In this document: one piece after another, positions 42,876 through 53,557 of the stretch
How the letters are laid out: every line of letters begins with the position of its first letter
How positions within the stretch are numbered: position 1 is the stretch's first letter
From: an uncultured delta proteobacterium
GTDB taxonomy: Bacteria > Myxococcota_A > Polyangia > Haliangiales > Haliangiaceae
DNA length: 64,000 bases
Reading direction: 5' to 3'
Assembly: GCA_963848295.1 (NCBI GenBank)
Contig: CAWKDB010000010.1
Location: 1,568,001 to 1,632,000, forward strand
Notes under the pieces: generated by a model
What the model saw: the letters and a program-made list of their open reading frames with translations, nothing else
The model's database searches: none
Told to the model about the DNA's origin: nothing
Made by a program: the position numbers and the translations under genes

Positions 42876-43903
42876 GCTCGCTCGCTCGCCATCCGATCCT
42901 CGGCGCCGTCGTGTTGATGGCGATCGTCGCGATCGCCGACTACGTGACCGACGTCGAGATGACGTTCGTCGAGCTGACCTACCTGCTGCCGATCACGCTC
43001 GCGACCTGGCACAGCGGTCGCGTCGCGGGCATCTGTCTCGCGGTGCTCGCCACGTTCAGCACGACCGCCATCTTCGTGCACGAATCGACGACGGCATCGG
43101 CGTTGGGCGTCAGCCTCAACGCGATCGGCGCGTTCGGCATGTTCGCCGCGATGATCGGGATCCTCGACGCGTTGCGCGGCCACGTCGAACGCGAGCGCGC
43201 TCAGCGCCGGCTCGCGATCGAACAATTGCGACACTCGGAGCGACTCAACGTCCTCGGCGTGCTCGCCGCCGGTGTGGCGCACGAGCTCGGCACGCCGCTC
43301 AACGTGATCTCGGGCGCTGCCGAGATGCTCCAGGAGCTCGAGCCCGATCGAGTCGACGCCCGCCACGCCGCTCGCATGATCCTGACCCAGACCGAGCGGA
43401 TCACCTCGATCATCCGTCACCTGCTCGACTTCGGCCGGCGCGGCAACGCCAGCTCGAAGCAACTGGTGGATCCCGAACGCGCCGCGGCGTCGGCCGTGGA
43501 GTTACTCACCCCGACCGCGTCGAAGGCCGGCACGACGATCAAGTTCACGCCGAGCACGCCGAGCGGCCGGGTTCGCGCGGACCTCGCGGAGATCGAGCAG
43601 GTCGTGTCGAACCTGATCCTCAATGGGATTCAAGCGATGCCGCGCGGCGGGACGCTCGAGGTCGCGACGGCGATCGAGGACGGGTTCGCGGCGATCACGG
43701 TCGTCGACGCGGGCACCGGGATCCGCGAGGCCGACCTGCCGTACATCTTCGATCCGTTCTTCACCACGAAGGGGGTCGGCCAGGGCACCGGGCTCGGGCT
43801 GTCGGTCAGCTACGGCATCGTCGGCGACTGCGGGGGTACGATCGATGTCGCGAGCGCGATCGGTGCGGGCACGAAGTTCGTCGTGCGCCTCCCGCTTGCT
43901 TAG
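42872..43903 (+). CDS. Membrane sensor histidine kinase
   Basis: Hydrophobic N-terminal TM segments, AHELGTPLN, NLILNG, PFFTTK, GTGLGL; GTGA overlap with the regulator. Confidence 0.92.
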   Translation: MSSLARHPILGAVVLMAIVAIADYVTDVEMTFVELTYLLPITLATWHSGRVAGICLAVLATFSTTAIFVHESTTASALGVSLNAIGAFGMFAAMIGILDALRGHVERERAQRRLAIEQLRHSERLNVLGVLAAGVAHELGTPLNVISGAAEMLQELEPDRVDARHAARMILTQTERITSIIRHLLDFGRRGNASSKQLVDPERAAASAVELLTPTASKAGTTIKFTPSTPSGRVRADLAEIEQVVSNLILNGIQAMPRGGTLEVATAIEDGFAAITVVDAGTGIREADLPYIFDPFFTTKGVGQGTGLGLSVSYGIVGDCGGTIDVASAIGAGTKFVVRLPLA

Positions 43904-44967
43904 CGATCGCCGGCGCGGCGCATTGCACGGTCGTCGAAGCGCGCGATCGCGGAGGCCAGCGCAGCACGCTCCGCTGGGCTCGGCCTGATCGAAAGCGTCG
44001 CCGAGATTCCGGTCTTCGCGCGCTTCCACGTCCCGACGACCTTGCCATCGATCAACAGCGCGTTCGAGAAGATGATGCCGCCCCGCCCGACCGACCGCGC
44101 CCGCACGCGATCGTCGATCACCTCGACCCGATCGACGTACGCGACCAGATACTCGTCGAAGTTCGCGAGCACGTGCGCGATCGGCGTGCGCGGTCTCGCG
44201 ATCACCGAGCCCGCGTCGGCGGCACCGACGAGGTAGCTCGTACCGTCGTACCGCTCCGCCGCAAGCCCATCGCCGGCGAGCGCAACCGCGAGTCGGCAGT
44301 CCGCGACGGTCAGGCCCGACCACCACGCAAGATCGGCGATCGTCGCCGGACCGTGGCCCGTGAAGAATCGCCGCGCGAGCTCGGCGAGTGCGGGCTCGCG
44401 ATCGAGCGTGGCCGTAGGCACTCGATCCGCGACGAGCGCGTAGGTGTGCTGGTTACCGCGCAGCGCCCCGCTGCAGATGATCGCGTCGAGCTCGGCGCGC
44501 ATCAAGATCTGGACGAGTCGCTGCCCGGTCGCGGCGAGGTTCGCGCGGGCGAACACCGCGACGAGCTCGGCGCGAGTCCGTTGAACGCCGGCGAGCTCGC
44601 GCTCGAACACGGCGCGCGTCCGCGCGAACACCTTGTCGTCGAGCCCGCACTTGCGATCTTGATACGCGCACAACTGGCGAACGCGTGGCGCGGTGAGCTG
44701 CTGCAGCCAGCGCAGATCGGTGGCCGCCACCAGGTGCCACGTCGGGCGCATCACGTGGGTACGCACGATCGCTCCACTCGCGAATGCCGCGGCCACCTCG
44801 CCGGCCGCGCTCGGGGCGAGTCGCTGCGCCACGGCCCAGCTCGCGCCGGCGAAGTCTTGCGCCTGTACCGCGCCGAGGTGGTGAACGAGCTCGCGGGCAC
44901 TGTGTTCGCGGGACGCGACCAGCCGGTGCGCGCGCAGCCGACGGCGGAGCACGGCGGCCGAGATCAT
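43900..44967 (-). CDS. AlkZ/YcaQ-family (HTH_42) winged-helix DNA glycosylase
   Basis: AVQAQD (QxQ), RTHVMRPTWH, HGPAT..DLAWWSGL, FDEYLVAY. Confidence 0.88.
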   Translation of the reverse strand: MISAAVLRRRLRAHRLVASREHSARELVHHLGAVQAQDFAGASWAVAQRLAPSAAGEVAAAFASGAIVRTHVMRPTWHLVAATDLRWLQQLTAPRVRQLCAYQDRKCGLDDKVFARTRAVFERELAGVQRTRAELVAVFARANLAATGQRLVQILMRAELDAIICSGALRGNQHTYALVADRVPTATLDREPALAELARRFFTGHGPATIADLAWWSGLTVADCRLAVALAGDGLAAERYDGTSYLVGAADAGSVIARPRTPIAHVLANFDEYLVAYVDRVEVIDDRVRARSVGRGGIIFSNALLIDGKVVGTWKRAKTGISATLSIRPSPAERAALASAIARFDDRAMRRAGDR

Positions 44968-45154
44968 CGGTCCGGTTTATCACCGCGCGTTCCGGTGATC
45001 GGCCGGTCGGCGGGCCAAAGGGGCGATTTGCCGCGGCTTCGCATGCCGTCGACGGTGACCTGAGGACCGGCCGTGAGGTGTGCGGACGGCTTTGGCGCGA
45101 TTGACTGTCAGCGGCGTCACGTTCGCCCGAACGAGCTGCGTGTTACCCAGATGT

Positions 45155-46396
45155 ATGACTCGCGCGCGCCTCGTCATCGCCGGGATCCTCTTGTCCGCTG
45201 CCGCTTGCGGCAACAGCTCGAACGGCTCGCCCGATGGCCTCACCGTCGACGCGAAGCCTGATGCGTTCGAGCTCGGCGTCGAGGCGATCCCGCTGACCAC
45301 GCCGGACGGCAGCTACTACAACGTGTCGCTGATGATGGGTGCCGGCACGTTCGCGCTCGATCTCGATACCGGCTCGACCTCGGTCGGCGTCGCCGGCTCG
45401 ACGTGCACCGGTTGCGGCGTCACCCCGCTCTACAACGCATCGAGCGGGACCGATCTGCACAAGACGGCGTCGACCGAGTACGACGACGGCACCGGCTGGT
45501 CGGGCGAGATCTACTCGGACAGCGTCTCGCTCGGCCACGAGACCCCATCGGTGAAGATCGCGTTCGTCGATATCACCGCACAACAGAACGGCTTCTTCGA
45601 CGGCTCGGACTACCAGGGCATCATGGGCCTCGGCCCGCAGCAGAATGCCGAGGACGGCACGACCGCGTATGTCGATGCCGCGAGCGCTGCAGGCGTCCCG
45701 AAGATCATGGCGTTCGAGCTGTGCCCGTCGCACGGAAACATGTGGTACGGCGGCTTCGATCCGAGCGCCGGCACCGGCGACGTCCAGTACGCGACGATGA
45801 TCCCGATCGACGACAACAACCCGTACTACGCCATCAACATCGACGACATGCAGCTCGGCGGCACGAGCCTCGGCTTCACCGCCCCCGATTTCCAGGAGCC
45901 GATCCTCGACACCGGCACGAGCTACACGTATCTGCCGACGCCCGTGCACACCGCGCTCGTCAACGCGATCAATGCGGACCCGGCGTTCCAGTCGATGTTC
46001 AACTCCAAGAAGATCAGCGACAACACCTGCGTGACCAAGGCCGGCTCGACCGCGGCGCAGGTCGATGCAGCGTTGCCCGTGCTGTCGATGAAGGTGCCGT
46101 CCGCGTCGGGCGACATCACGATCTCGGTGCCCCCGAGCCAGTCGTACCTGCTCGACTTCGGCGGCGGCCAATGGTGCCTCGGGATCGCCGACGGCGGCGC
46201 GGACGGCGGCGGCACGCTCGGCGATACGTTCATGCGCGGCTACCTGTCGGTCATCGACACGCAGGGCAGCCGGATCGGCTTTGCTCCCGACGCGGGCTGT
46301 GCCGCGTCCGGCGACCCGAACACGATTATCCACATGACCAAGCCGCACCACCCGCGGCCGCACCCGCGCTCGCCGGCGACGTTGAACCGGAAATAA
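45155..46396 (+). CDS. Bilobal pepsin-like (A1) aspartic protease, lipoprotein
   Basis: Lipobox AAAC; LDTGST and LDTGTSYTYLP; flap Tyr (EYDDG); GIMGLG; LGDTFMR..RIGFA. Confidence 0.9.
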   Translation: MTRARLVIAGILLSAAACGNSSNGSPDGLTVDAKPDAFELGVEAIPLTTPDGSYYNVSLMMGAGTFALDLDTGSTSVGVAGSTCTGCGVTPLYNASSGTDLHKTASTEYDDGTGWSGEIYSDSVSLGHETPSVKIAFVDITAQQNGFFDGSDYQGIMGLGPQQNAEDGTTAYVDAASAAGVPKIMAFELCPSHGNMWYGGFDPSAGTGDVQYATMIPIDDNNPYYAINIDDMQLGGTSLGFTAPDFQEPILDTGTSYTYLPTPVHTALVNAINADPAFQSMFNSKKISDNTCVTKAGSTAAQVDAALPVLSMKVPSASGDITISVPPSQSYLLDFGGGQWCLGIADGGADGGGTLGDTFMRGYLSVIDTQGSRIGFAPDAGCAASGDPNTIIHMTKPHHPRPHPRSPATLNRK

Positions 46397-46421
46397 CGGG
46401 TTTTCCGCGCTACGGTGCGGC

Positions 46422-47453
<1,032 letters not shown>

Positions 47454-47456
47454 GTA

Positions 47457-49085
47457 TTACGGCTCGAGCAGGATCGGATTGCCATCGACCGGCGCCGAGC
47501 CGACGCACGGGTGAGAGACGCCGGGACCGAGTGGGGAGATCTCGAATAGGCGGCAGTACGAGTGATACGAACCGCAGTCGATCGTCGACGCGCTCGCAGT
47601 GTCCCACGCGATCAGCGCGGTGTAGCCCGGCGCGGCGAGCGCGGTCGGCGAGCACCCGGTGAGCCGTGTCGGATCCTTGCCGGTGATCGCGTAGGTCCAC
47701 TGGGTGTCGGCGTGAGACAGCGGGCCCATCGTAGCGCCGACCAGCCACTGATACATCGCGGCCCACGCGTAGGTGGTCGCGGTTGGCTGTAGCGTCGCGG
47801 TCGCCTTGATGTAGTCGCCGAACGAGCCCCACTCGCCCGCGCCCGGGGCGTACCAATAGAACCGCGCGACGCCCGCGGCGAGCATCTGCAAGTAGCCGCG
47901 CACGAGGAACCCCGGCGCGGGTGCGTTCGTGAGCGTCGTCTTCGTCGTCGTGATCGTCTCGGTCGCGATGCTGTCGGCATCCATGCACGGCTTGATCGGC
48001 GCGTCGAGGCAGCCGCAGTCGCTGTTCGCGCACAGCGCGGTCGAGTTGCCGTTCGTTTGATAGTTCTCGCCCCAGCCGCCTTCGTCGACCCACATCGGCT
48101 TGCCGCCCATGTGGTCTTGCTCGCCGGTCGTGAGCGCCGCGTAACTGGCGAGCCGCGTCGCCCAGTTGACCTCGGGCATGCCGGCCGCAAACGCCTGCGT
48201 GTCTCCCGCGGAATCACCGGTGCCGTAGATGTGGAACACGAGCATGTCGGCGACGTCGCCCGGCGACGGCGTCTGGTCGAGGTAGTACTTCAGATCGTCG
48301 TAGCCCGCCGCTTGCGTGAACGACGGCGTGCCGACGACGACGGTCGGGTCGACGTACTTCACGATCCTTTGTAGGTCGGTCGCGGCGCGCGCGAGGTTCG
48401 CGCATGGCGTCGCCTGGTTGGCCTGACACGGAGGCGTCAGGTACTGCTTCGAGTTGACCTCGTTGCCGGGCGAGAAGCTGCGGATCTGCAGCGTGCCGTG
48501 CCAGCCGTTCGCCTCGCTGCAGCCGTCGCAGGTCTTCATCGCGAGCGCGAACACGAACTCCTGAAACGCACAGTCGTCCTGCGGCAGAGCCGCGGCGGTG
48601 CGAAACGACGCAGGGATGTTCACGCAATCCGCGCCGGTCGGCATCGTCAGATCGTCGGGGAGCACGCCGGAGCCCGCGCCACCGACGGGATGACTCCAGT
48701 CCGGATAGTCAGCCGCGACGAAGTGGACGTCGCTGTTGTGCGCGAGGAACGCGCCGAGACTCGCCCAGCTCCAGCACGACGCATCGAGCTGCGTCGGATC
48801 GCAGCGCGCGGTCTCGAGCCCGGCCCAGTCGACGTCGGAGCCCCAGGTCCGCAAGCTCCCGATGTCCGAGCCCGCGAGGGTCGGCCACGGCGTGTTCACC
48901 TTCGGCGCCGACGCGGGGTTCGCCGGCCAGTTGATCGAGAACAACATCGGCGTCACGCCGGTGTGACCGACCGCGGCGTCGCCGGCATCGCTGTCGGCGA
49001 CGACGTCCTGGCCCGGCGCGCTATCGATGACCGTCGCGCTGTGCGAGCTGCAGGCTGTGAAGACGAGCGCGATCGCGAATCGCAT
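47457..49085 (-). CDS. Lipoprotein, probable clan GH-A glycoside hydrolase
   Basis: Lipobox FTAC; GNE acid/base motif, FHIY, MWVDEGGW nucleophile motif, FYWY. Confidence 0.65.
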   Translation of the reverse strand: MRFAIALVFTACSSHSATVIDSAPGQDVVADSDAGDAAVGHTGVTPMLFSINWPANPASAPKVNTPWPTLAGSDIGSLRTWGSDVDWAGLETARCDPTQLDASCWSWASLGAFLAHNSDVHFVAADYPDWSHPVGGAGSGVLPDDLTMPTGADCVNIPASFRTAAALPQDDCAFQEFVFALAMKTCDGCSEANGWHGTLQIRSFSPGNEVNSKQYLTPPCQANQATPCANLARAATDLQRIVKYVDPTVVVGTPSFTQAAGYDDLKYYLDQTPSPGDVADMLVFHIYGTGDSAGDTQAFAAGMPEVNWATRLASYAALTTGEQDHMGGKPMWVDEGGWGENYQTNGNSTALCANSDCGCLDAPIKPCMDADSIATETITTTKTTLTNAPAPGFLVRGYLQMLAAGVARFYWYAPGAGEWGSFGDYIKATATLQPTATTYAWAAMYQWLVGATMGPLSHADTQWTYAITGKDPTRLTGCSPTALAAPGYTALIAWDTASASTIDCGSYHSYCRLFEISPLGPGVSHPCVGSAPVDGNPILLEP

Positions 49086-49140
49086 CCCTCATCTTGCGAC
49101 GAGCCCGAAACCGCCCGCTAGTCTCAAAAAACTGAGTGGC

Positions 49141-49425
49141 TCAACGCCGAGCGCGTTCATTACCAAACCGTAGCCTCGACCGTTGCTTCGCCTTCTCGGA
49201 CTCGATCGCACGATCGCGAGGCGGCGCCTCGGTCTCGAGCGAATCGATCAGCTTGCGCGCCACGCGAAACGTCTCGACCACGGCGCGATCGAACGCCGCG
49301 GTGTTGGCCTGCGACGGGTGCGCGTAGCCGCTGAGCTTGCGGACGAACTGGAGCGACGCGGCCCGGATCTCTTCGTCGGTCGCCGGGGGCGCGAAGTTGA
49401 ACAGGGTCTTGATGTTGCGGCACAT
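49141..49425 (-). CDS. DUF2277 family protein
   Basis: MCRNIKTLFNFAPPATDEEIRAASLQFVRKLSG. Confidence 0.9.
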   Translation of the reverse strand: MCRNIKTLFNFAPPATDEEIRAASLQFVRKLSGYAHPSQANTAAFDRAVVETFRVARKLIDSLETEAPPRDRAIESEKAKQRSRLRFGNERARR

Positions 49426-49468
49426 CCCCAGGAAGCTACGCGACGCAAAACGCGTCCGCAACGCCACG

Positions 49469-49675
49469 CTAGGCGTGAACGAGGGCGCGGCGAACGATCG
49501 ACTCGGCGATCGCGACGAACACGACTCGCGTCACCGCGCGCAGGATGCCTTCCCGGCGCACGGGCGGCGTGGGCTTGGCGGCGGCGTCGCGATGAGCGAG
49601 CTCGTAGCCGATCGCGATGCCGAGCCCGAACCGGGCCCACGGGCTGTCGAGCACGACGTTGACGGGCGATCGCAT
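49469..49675 (-). CDS. Small hypothetical membrane-associated protein
   Basis: Starts 1 nt after the DUF883-like stop; SPWARFGLGIAIGY hydrophobic segment. Confidence 0.5.
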   Translation of the reverse strand: MRSPVNVVLDSPWARFGLGIAIGYELAHRDAAAKPTPPVRREGILRAVTRVVFVAIAESIVRRALVHA

Positions 49676-49676
49676 G

Positions 49677-49898
49677 CTAACCGCGGTGGAGCAGGCGCGC
49701 GCCGAGATAGCCAGCCGCGACTCCGAGCGCGATCGCGGCAAACGGGTGATATCGGACCGTCGTGCCGACGGTCTTGACCCCCTTGCCGACGCTGCGCTGC
49801 GCGTCGTCCTTGAGCTCGATGATCTTGTCGCTCGCGTCGTGGAACCGGCTCGCGAGGTCGTCTGCCGCTCTGCTGATGGTCTTGGCTACAGTCGTCAT
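49677..49898 (-). CDS. DUF883/YqjD/ElaB-like tail-anchored protein
   Basis: Helical body then HPFAAIALGVAAGYLGARLL. Confidence 0.75.
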   Translation of the reverse strand: MTTVAKTISRAADDLASRFHDASDKIIELKDDAQRSVGKGVKTVGTTVRYHPFAAIALGVAAGYLGARLLHRG

Positions 49899-49910
49899 GC
49901 CACGAAGAAG

Positions 49911-49926
49911 TGCAACGCGTGTACCG
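49911..49926 (-). promoter_or_regulatory. Sigma54 -24/-12 promoter
   Basis: CGGTACACGCGTTGCA; 13 nt from the -12 C to ATG 49898. Confidence 0.6.
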
Positions 49927-50010
49927 CGCAGCAGGGCGCGCAGACGCGAACCTACATGGCCGAGCCGAGCGCACGAGCCCGGCTGCACGCGGCCGTGCGC
50001 GAGCGCGCGA

Positions 50011-50862
50011 TCAAGGCGACTGGCCGGCGAAGAACGGGCGCAACACGTCCGCGACCTTCGCGGGCTGGCCGGTGTTGTCGGCGGCGGTGTGGCCGACGCG
50101 GCGGAGCTCGATGCGCGTCGCCGACGGCAGCTGATCGGCGAGCTCGTCGAGCGCGACTCGCAGGAACCGGGCGCTGCGCTCGCCGCCGAGCAGCAACAGC
50201 GGGCAGCGCAGGTCGCGAAAGCTCGAGTCGTCCGCGATCTCGCGCACGAGCTGGACGTCGTAGTGCATCGTCGGGACCAGCGCGCGGAGCGCGACGTGGT
50301 CTTCGTGCTTGTCCGCGGCGTCGAGCCGCATCGCGAGCCTCATGCCGGCCACGAGCAGCGCGCGCGGCACGTGAGCGAGTGCCGAGTGGTCGCTCGTGCC
50401 TTTGATCGCCGCGACGATCGCCGCCGCGAGATCGCCGCTCTCGAGCGCGCGCTCGTAGTCGGGCACCCACGCGTCGGGCCGGGCACCGCGCACCGTCAGT
50501 GGCGGCTCGTACAGCGCGAGCTTGGCGATCGCGGTGAGCGTCCGCGCCGCGTACAACGCGATGACCGCGCCGGAGCTGAGCCCGAACACGCAGCGCGCAC
50601 TCGTCGCACGCAACAGCGCCTCGAGATCGGCGCGCTCCGCGGCGAGGCCGTAGCTCGGTCCGAACGCGCCGCTCTTGCCGCGGCCCCGCCGATCCGGCAC
50701 GTGGACCGTGAACGTGTCGCCGAGTGCGAGCGCGAGCTTGTCGAAGTTCTGCGCAGCCTGAAGCCCGCCGTGGAGCAGCACGACGCCCGGGCCGCTACCG
50801 TAGCTCCGATAGCTGATCGCGGTGCCATCGGCGGAGACCAGCGACGCGGTGCGATACGACAC
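50011..50862 (-). CDS. Alpha/beta-fold hydrolase
   Basis: LLHGG, DRRGRG, GLSSG, LYEPP, VGH. Confidence 0.88.
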   Translation of the reverse strand: MSYRTASLVSADGTAISYRSYGSGPGVVLLHGGLQAAQNFDKLALALGDTFTVHVPDRRGRGKSGAFGPSYGLAAERADLEALLRATSARCVFGLSSGAVIALYAARTLTAIAKLALYEPPLTVRGARPDAWVPDYERALESGDLAAAIVAAIKGTSDHSALAHVPRALLVAGMRLAMRLDAADKHEDHVALRALVPTMHYDVQLVREIADDSSFRDLRCPLLLLGGERSARFLRVALDELADQLPSATRIELRRVGHTAADNTGQPAKVADVLRPFFAGQSP

Positions 50863-50877
50863 GGCGCTCGACGAACG

Positions 50878-51309
50878 TCAGGGCTTGACCGCTCGCTTGC
50901 GCGGCAGGATCTCGTCGCTCTCGATCGCGGTCCTGAACGCTGGGTCGTTGTCGCAGGCTTGCGCCGCGGCCTTGACCTTGTCGAACGCGTTCTTCATGCG
51001 CGCCTCGTAGGCTTTCTTGAACCATTCCTTCGCCGCCGCGTCGGTCATCGTCTTGGTTCTCACCACGTCGACATCCGCGGCGATCGCTTTGCCGATCTCG
51101 GAGCTCGCGTGCACCGCTTCGACGGCCTTGCCGCAGTCGGATCCCGCGGCTTCGAGATCACCGGCGAACTTTTCGAGCGCACCCGCGTACTTGTCAGCGG
51201 TCGCGACCATCTCGTCGGTGATGCCCGCCGGGCGGTCGCTCGCGCTCTTGCTGCATCCGGCGGCGAGCACCACCGCGACAGCGACGCTCGTGATTCGGCT
51301 CATGCCCAT
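50878..51309 (-). CDS. Helical lipoprotein of unknown function
   Basis: Lipobox AAGC; host-like codon use. Confidence 0.7.
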   Translation of the reverse strand: MGMSRITSVAVAVVLAAGCSKSASDRPAGITDEMVATADKYAGALEKFAGDLEAAGSDCGKAVEAVHASSEIGKAIAADVDVVRTKTMTDAAAKEWFKKAYEARMKNAFDKVKAAAQACDNDPAFRTAIESDEILPRKRAVKP

Positions 51310-51338
51310 GGACGCGGTGATAACGCGACCCGTCTCGC

Positions 51339-52061
51339 TCATGCGAGGTTCGTATAGACATTCTGCACGTCGTCATCCTCTTCGAGAGCCGCGACGAGCT
51401 TCAACACCTCGTCGGTCTTGTCGTCGGGCAGCTCCGTCGTGGTCGCCGGAAGGTACTCCGATGCGGTCGAGATCGGCGAGATCTTGCGAGCATCGAGCGC
51501 GCTCTGCATCGTGCCAAAGTCGGTGAACGCGACCCGCACCACGAGATGCTTCTCGCCCTTGTCGCCCTCGCCGTCCTCGAGCGCGACCAAGCCGTGATCG
51601 ATCAGATCGAGCTCGAGCGCATCGCGATCGAGCCCTTCGGGGTTGAGCCGGAACAGTCCCTGACGACTGAACATGAACGCGACGCTGTTCGTGGCGCCCA
51701 TGTTGCCGCCGTGCGATTTGAAGTAGCTACGGACGTTCGCGACCGTGCGCGTGACGTTGTCGGTGGCGGTCTCGACCAACATCGCGACGCCATTCGGACC
51801 GTAGCCTTCGTACACCACGATGTCGTAGTCGGTCGCGCCCGCGCCGCTCGCCTTCTTGATCGCCGCTTCGATGCGATCCTTGGGCATGTTGACCGCGCGC
51901 GCGTTCTGCAACGCCCGGCGCAGCGACGGGTTACCATCCGGGCTCGCGCCGCCGGCCTTGACCGCCATCGCGATGTCCTTGCCGACCTTGCTGAACTGCT
52001 TCGCGACGCGATCCATGCGCGCGAAGATGGTGGATTTGCGTTTTTCGAAGGCGCGGCCCAC
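51339..52061 (-). CDS. yebC: YebC/PmpR family protein
   Basis: [47 protein letters not shown]. Confidence 0.95.
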   Translation of the reverse strand: MGRAFEKRKSTIFARMDRVAKQFSKVGKDIAMAVKAGGASPDGNPSLRRALQNARAVNMPKDRIEAAIKKASGAGATDYDIVVYEGYGPNGVAMLVETATDNVTRTVANVRSYFKSHGGNMGATNSVAFMFSRQGLFRLNPEGLDRDALELDLIDHGLVALEDGEGDKGEKHLVVRVAFTDFGTMQSALDARKISPISTASEYLPATTTELPDDKTDEVLKLVAALEEDDDVQNVYTNLA

Positions 52062-52231
52062 GGCGGGGAGACCCTAGCATTAGTACGTGTTCGAGTCCGA
52101 GGGCGAAGAGCGCGAGCTGCTCGCGGCGCTACGAGCGGCTCCGCCCCAGCCCGCGTGATCCGCGAGCTCGGATTCCTCGCGTTGCCGAATCCTACAGCGC
52201 CGCCGGTACGACCCTTGCTCGACGTAGGTTG

Positions 52232-53557
52232 ATGCGTGCCGCCGTGCTGCTCTGCATCCTCTCGGCCTGTCACCCCCAGACCATGTCGGCCCAGCCCGAT
52301 GCCCACCCGGGCGACGGCTCGAATGCGGATGCGACGCCGGCTGTAGGATTTGTCCACGTCGGCAGTGGGGCGATCGTGGACGGGGCCGACGCGCCGCTCC
52401 GTCTCCGATGCGTCAACCTGGGAGGCTGGCTCGAGCCGGAAGGCTATCTCTTCGGTACGGCGCTGCTCGGGCTGGTCCGGAGCCCGAGCGAGATCCGCGC
52501 GAACCTCGTGACGCTCGTCGGTCAAACCGCGGCGGATGCGTTCTGGCAGCAATGGGAGGCGGCGTATGTCACCGAGGCCGACTTCATGCGGATCGCGGCG
52601 CTCGGGTTCAATTGTGTGAGGCTTCCGGTCAATGCCAAACGGATCGCGAGCGTCGCCGGGACGACCGTCGCGCTCGACAGCGTCGAGCTCGCGCCAGTCG
52701 ATCACGCGGTCGCCTGGGGGGCCGCGCATGGCGTCTATGTCGTGCTCGATCTACACGCGACGTTCGGCGCTCAGAACTTCGCGCCGACGAGCAGCGATGT
52801 GCCGAGCACCGATACGTTTCCGCAGCTGTGGGTCGGTCCCAACGGCGAGTATCCGAGCGACGTCGCCGCGGCGAACCAGGCGCTGACCGTCCAGCTATGG
52901 AGCCTGCTCGCGACGCGCTATGCCGACGCGACCTCGATCGCGGGCTTCGATCTCTTGAACGAGCCCGAGCTGAACCACATGGGCAAGCCGAGCCAGAGCC
53001 CGGTGCCACAGACCGACCTGATCGCGTTCTATCAAGCGGTGATCTCCGCGATCCGCACGGTCGATCCGCACCACATGCTCTTCGTCGAAGGCGATGCGCT
53101 CGCGACCGACTTCACGCCATTCACGGCCGCTCTCGATCCGAACTCGACGTACGAGCTCCACGCGTACCAGACGGCCACGGCCTGGGTAGACCCGACCGCG
53201 ACGCCGTCGCAGCTGGATCCGTACGTCGCGCTGTCGACCGCGCAACATCTGCCGCTGTGGCTGGGCGAGTTCGGCGAGAACACGGCGGCGTGGCAACAGG
53301 AGATGGTGGCGCTCGTCGAGGCACACGACACCGGCTGGGCGGTGTGGCCGTGGAAGCGCCGCGAGACGTTCGCGACGCATCCCGTGGTCGAGACGATCGT
53401 GCTCCCGGCGACGTGGGAGCCCGTGTTCGACTATCTGGTCGGCTCGACCTCGACGGCGCCGGCGAACCCCGCGCAGGCGATGACCGACCTACTCGCAGCA
53501 CTCCCGCTCGCCAGTTGCACCGAAGACGCGTCGTTCGCGGCTACGCTGGTCCAATGA
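52232..53557 (+). CDS. Glycoside hydrolase family 5 lipoprotein
   Basis: Lipobox [43 protein letters not shown]. Confidence 0.9.
   Translation: MRAAVLLCILSACHPQTMSAQPDAHPGDGSNADATPAVGFVHVGSGAIVDGADAPLRLRCVNLGGWLEPEGYLFGTALLGLVRSPSEIRANLVTLVGQTAADAFWQQWEAAYVTEADFMRIAALGFNCVRLPVNAKRIASVAGTTVALDSVELAPVDHAVAWGAAHGVYVVLDLHATFGAQNFAPTSSDVPSTDTFPQLWVGPNGEYPSDVAAANQALTVQLWSLLATRYADATSIAGFDLLNEPELNHMGKPSQSPVPQTDLIAFYQAVISAIRTVDPHHMLFVEGDALATDFTPFTAALDPNSTYELHAYQTATAWVDPTATPSQLDPYVALSTAQHLPLWLGEFGENTAAWQQEMVALVEAHDTGWAVWPWKRRETFATHPVVETIVLPATWEPVFDYLVGSTSTAPANPAQAMTDLLAALPLASCTEDASFAATLVQ

Noticed and set aside
52062..52231. GC-rich hairpins in the yebC-GH5 intergenic region as a possible ncRNA
   Set aside because: No recognisable RNA family motif or second copy; such stems arise by chance at this GC content.
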